Source: Maliibacterium massiliense
GTDB lineage: Bacteria; Bacillota; Clostridia; Christensenellales; Maliibacteriaceae
Direction of reading: 5' to 3'
DNA: 24,000 nucleotides
Assembly (NCBI GenBank): GCA_900604345.1
Contig: LR026983.1
Span: 2,380,882 to 2,404,881 of the forward strand
In this document: piece by piece, positions 22,892 to 24,000 of the stretch
How positions within the stretch are numbered: the stretch's first letter is position 1
How the letters are laid out: each line of letters begins with the position of its first letter
Notes under the pieces: model-generated
The model's input: the letters and a program-made list of their open reading frames with translations, nothing else
What the model was told of the DNA's origin: nothing
The model's database searches: none
Program-made: the position numbers and the translations under genes

Positions 22892-24000
22892 ATGGATATG
22901 CAGGGCGACATCAAACGGGTGCTTTGGATTGTGATGGACAGCGTGGGCGCAGGTGCGCTGCCCGACGCGGAGGCCTTTGGCGATGCGCAAAGTGTCAATA
23001 CCCTGGCGCACGCGCTGGCTGTGCCTCAGGTGCGCGTGCCCACGCTGGATAAGCTGGGGTTGCGCTTTGCCATGCGCCAGGTAGGCACGCTGCCGCCCAC
23101 CGCGGGCGCGGTGGGGCGCGCCGCGGAAAAGGCGCCGGGTAAGGACACCACCATCGGCCACTGGGAGATGGCAGGTTATATCCAGCCGCACGCCTTTCCC
23201 ACCTATCCAGAGGGCTTTCCGCGCGATATCATCGATGCGTTCTGCCGCGCCATCCATCGGGAGGGCGTGCTGGGAAACGTACCTGCATCGGGCACGGAGA
23301 TCATTGCGCAGCTAGGAAAAGCGCATATGCAAAGCGGCCTGCCCATCGTCTATACCTCCGGCGACAGCGTCTTTCAGATCGCGGCACACGAGGACATCGT
23401 TCCGGTGGACACGCTCTACGAATGGTGCCGCAAGGCGCGCGCGATGTTGCAGGGCGGCCACGGCGTGGCGCGCGTGATCGCGCGGCCCTTTACGGGGACG
23501 CCCGGCGCGTTTGTGCGCACCGCGCGCCGGCATGACTTTTCCCTCGCGCCGGGCGGGGAGACCATCCTCGACGCGCTGACCAAGCGGGGCGTGCCGGTGA
23601 CGGGCGTGGGCAAGATCGGGGACATCTTTGCGCAGCGGGGCATTGCCAAGAGCATCCCCACCACGGACAATGAAGACGGCATGGACCGCGCCATCGCGCT
23701 GTGCGAAAGCGGGCAGGAGGGGCTGCTCTTTGTCAACCTGGTGGATTTTGACACGAAGTACGGACACCGGCGTGATGTGATGGGCTACGCGCAGGCGCTG
23801 GTCCGGCTGGACGCGCGCATGGCGCAGCTGCTGCAGGTGCTGGACGCCCAGACGCTTCTATGCGTCACAGCGGACCATGGATGCGATCCGCTAGCCGCGG
23901 GCACGGACCACACGCGCGAGTACGTCCCCGTACTCTTTGACGGGGCGATGGTGCGCCGGGGCGTGGACCTGGGCACGCGCGCCACGTTTGCGGATATGGG
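22892..24000 (+). CDS. deoB: Phosphopentomutase DeoB (3' end beyond the window)
   Basis: My own translation from ATG 22892: MDMQGDIKRVLWIVMDSVGAGALPDA...GKDTTIGHWEMAG...IVYTSGDSVFQIAAHE...LFVNLVDFDTKYGHRRD...TADHGCDP. Canonical phosphopentomutase motifs. It is open to the window end, which is why it is missing from the ORF track. Confidence 0.9.
   Translation, partial: MDMQGDIKRVLWIVMDSVGAGALPDAEAFGDAQSVNTLAHALAVPQVRVPTLDKLGLRFAMRQVGTLPPTAGAVGRAAEKAPGKDTTIGHWEMAGYIQPHAFPTYPEGFPRDIIDAFCRAIHREGVLGNVPASGTEIIAQLGKAHMQSGLPIVYTSGDSVFQIAAHEDIVPVDTLYEWCRKARAMLQGGHGVARVIARPFTGTPGAFVRTARRHDFSLAPGGETILDALTKRGVPVTGVGKIGDIFAQRGIAKSIPTTDNEDGMDRAIALCESGQEGLLFVNLVDFDTKYGHRRDVMGYAQALVRLDARMAQLLQVLDAQTLLCVTADHGCDPLAAGTDHTREYVPVLFDGAMVRRGVDLGTRATFADM

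Noticed and set aside
1-24000. CRISPR arrays, tRNA/rRNA genes, transposases, integrases, inverted terminal repeats, toxin-antitoxin or defence-system genes
   Set aside because: No regularly spaced direct repeats, no cloverleaf-like or rRNA-like segments, and no ORFs with recombinase, transposase or nuclease-defence motifs were found. Every substantial plus-strand ORF is accounted for by a core sporulation or housekeeping family.

Overview
Every credible gene in this window is on the + strand. G+C is high, roughly two thirds in coding lines by eye. The gene order is the conserved sporulation and housekeeping supercluster of endospore-forming Firmicutes, here looking like a high-GC Clostridia type: spoIIIAA-AB-AC-AD-AE-AF-AG-AH | asp23, amaP-like, DUF2273 | nusB, Kae1/TsaD-like, folD, xseA, xseB, ispA, DUF212/divergent-PAP2 | a ~580-nt non-coding locus | small 4-TM DxxxD membrane protein, dxs, tlyA | nadK, argR, recN, 4HBT thioesterase | spoIVB | spo0A | spoIIM | deoB (3'-truncated by the window edge). 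Most genes abut or overlap by 1-10 nt, which suggests translational coupling. The few larger gaps carry recognisable promoters or terminators. The one region that coding features do not explain is 12069-12715. It is a 647-nt ORF-free gap with lower GC, its own sigma-A-like promoter, a terminal helix closing about 580 nt, and many internal hairpins. It sits between ispA/PAP2-like and a 4-TM DxxxD protein followed by dxs-tlyA. That neighbourhood is the signature of the OLE (ornate, large, extremophilic) RNA / OapA ribonucleoprotein system, and I call it OLE-like. I cannot run a covariance model, so the class assignment rests on synteny plus structure visible in the sequence. No CRISPR arrays, rRNA/tRNA genes or mobile elements were seen. 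The long minus-strand ORFs are high-GC artefacts that lie antisense to recognisable genes.
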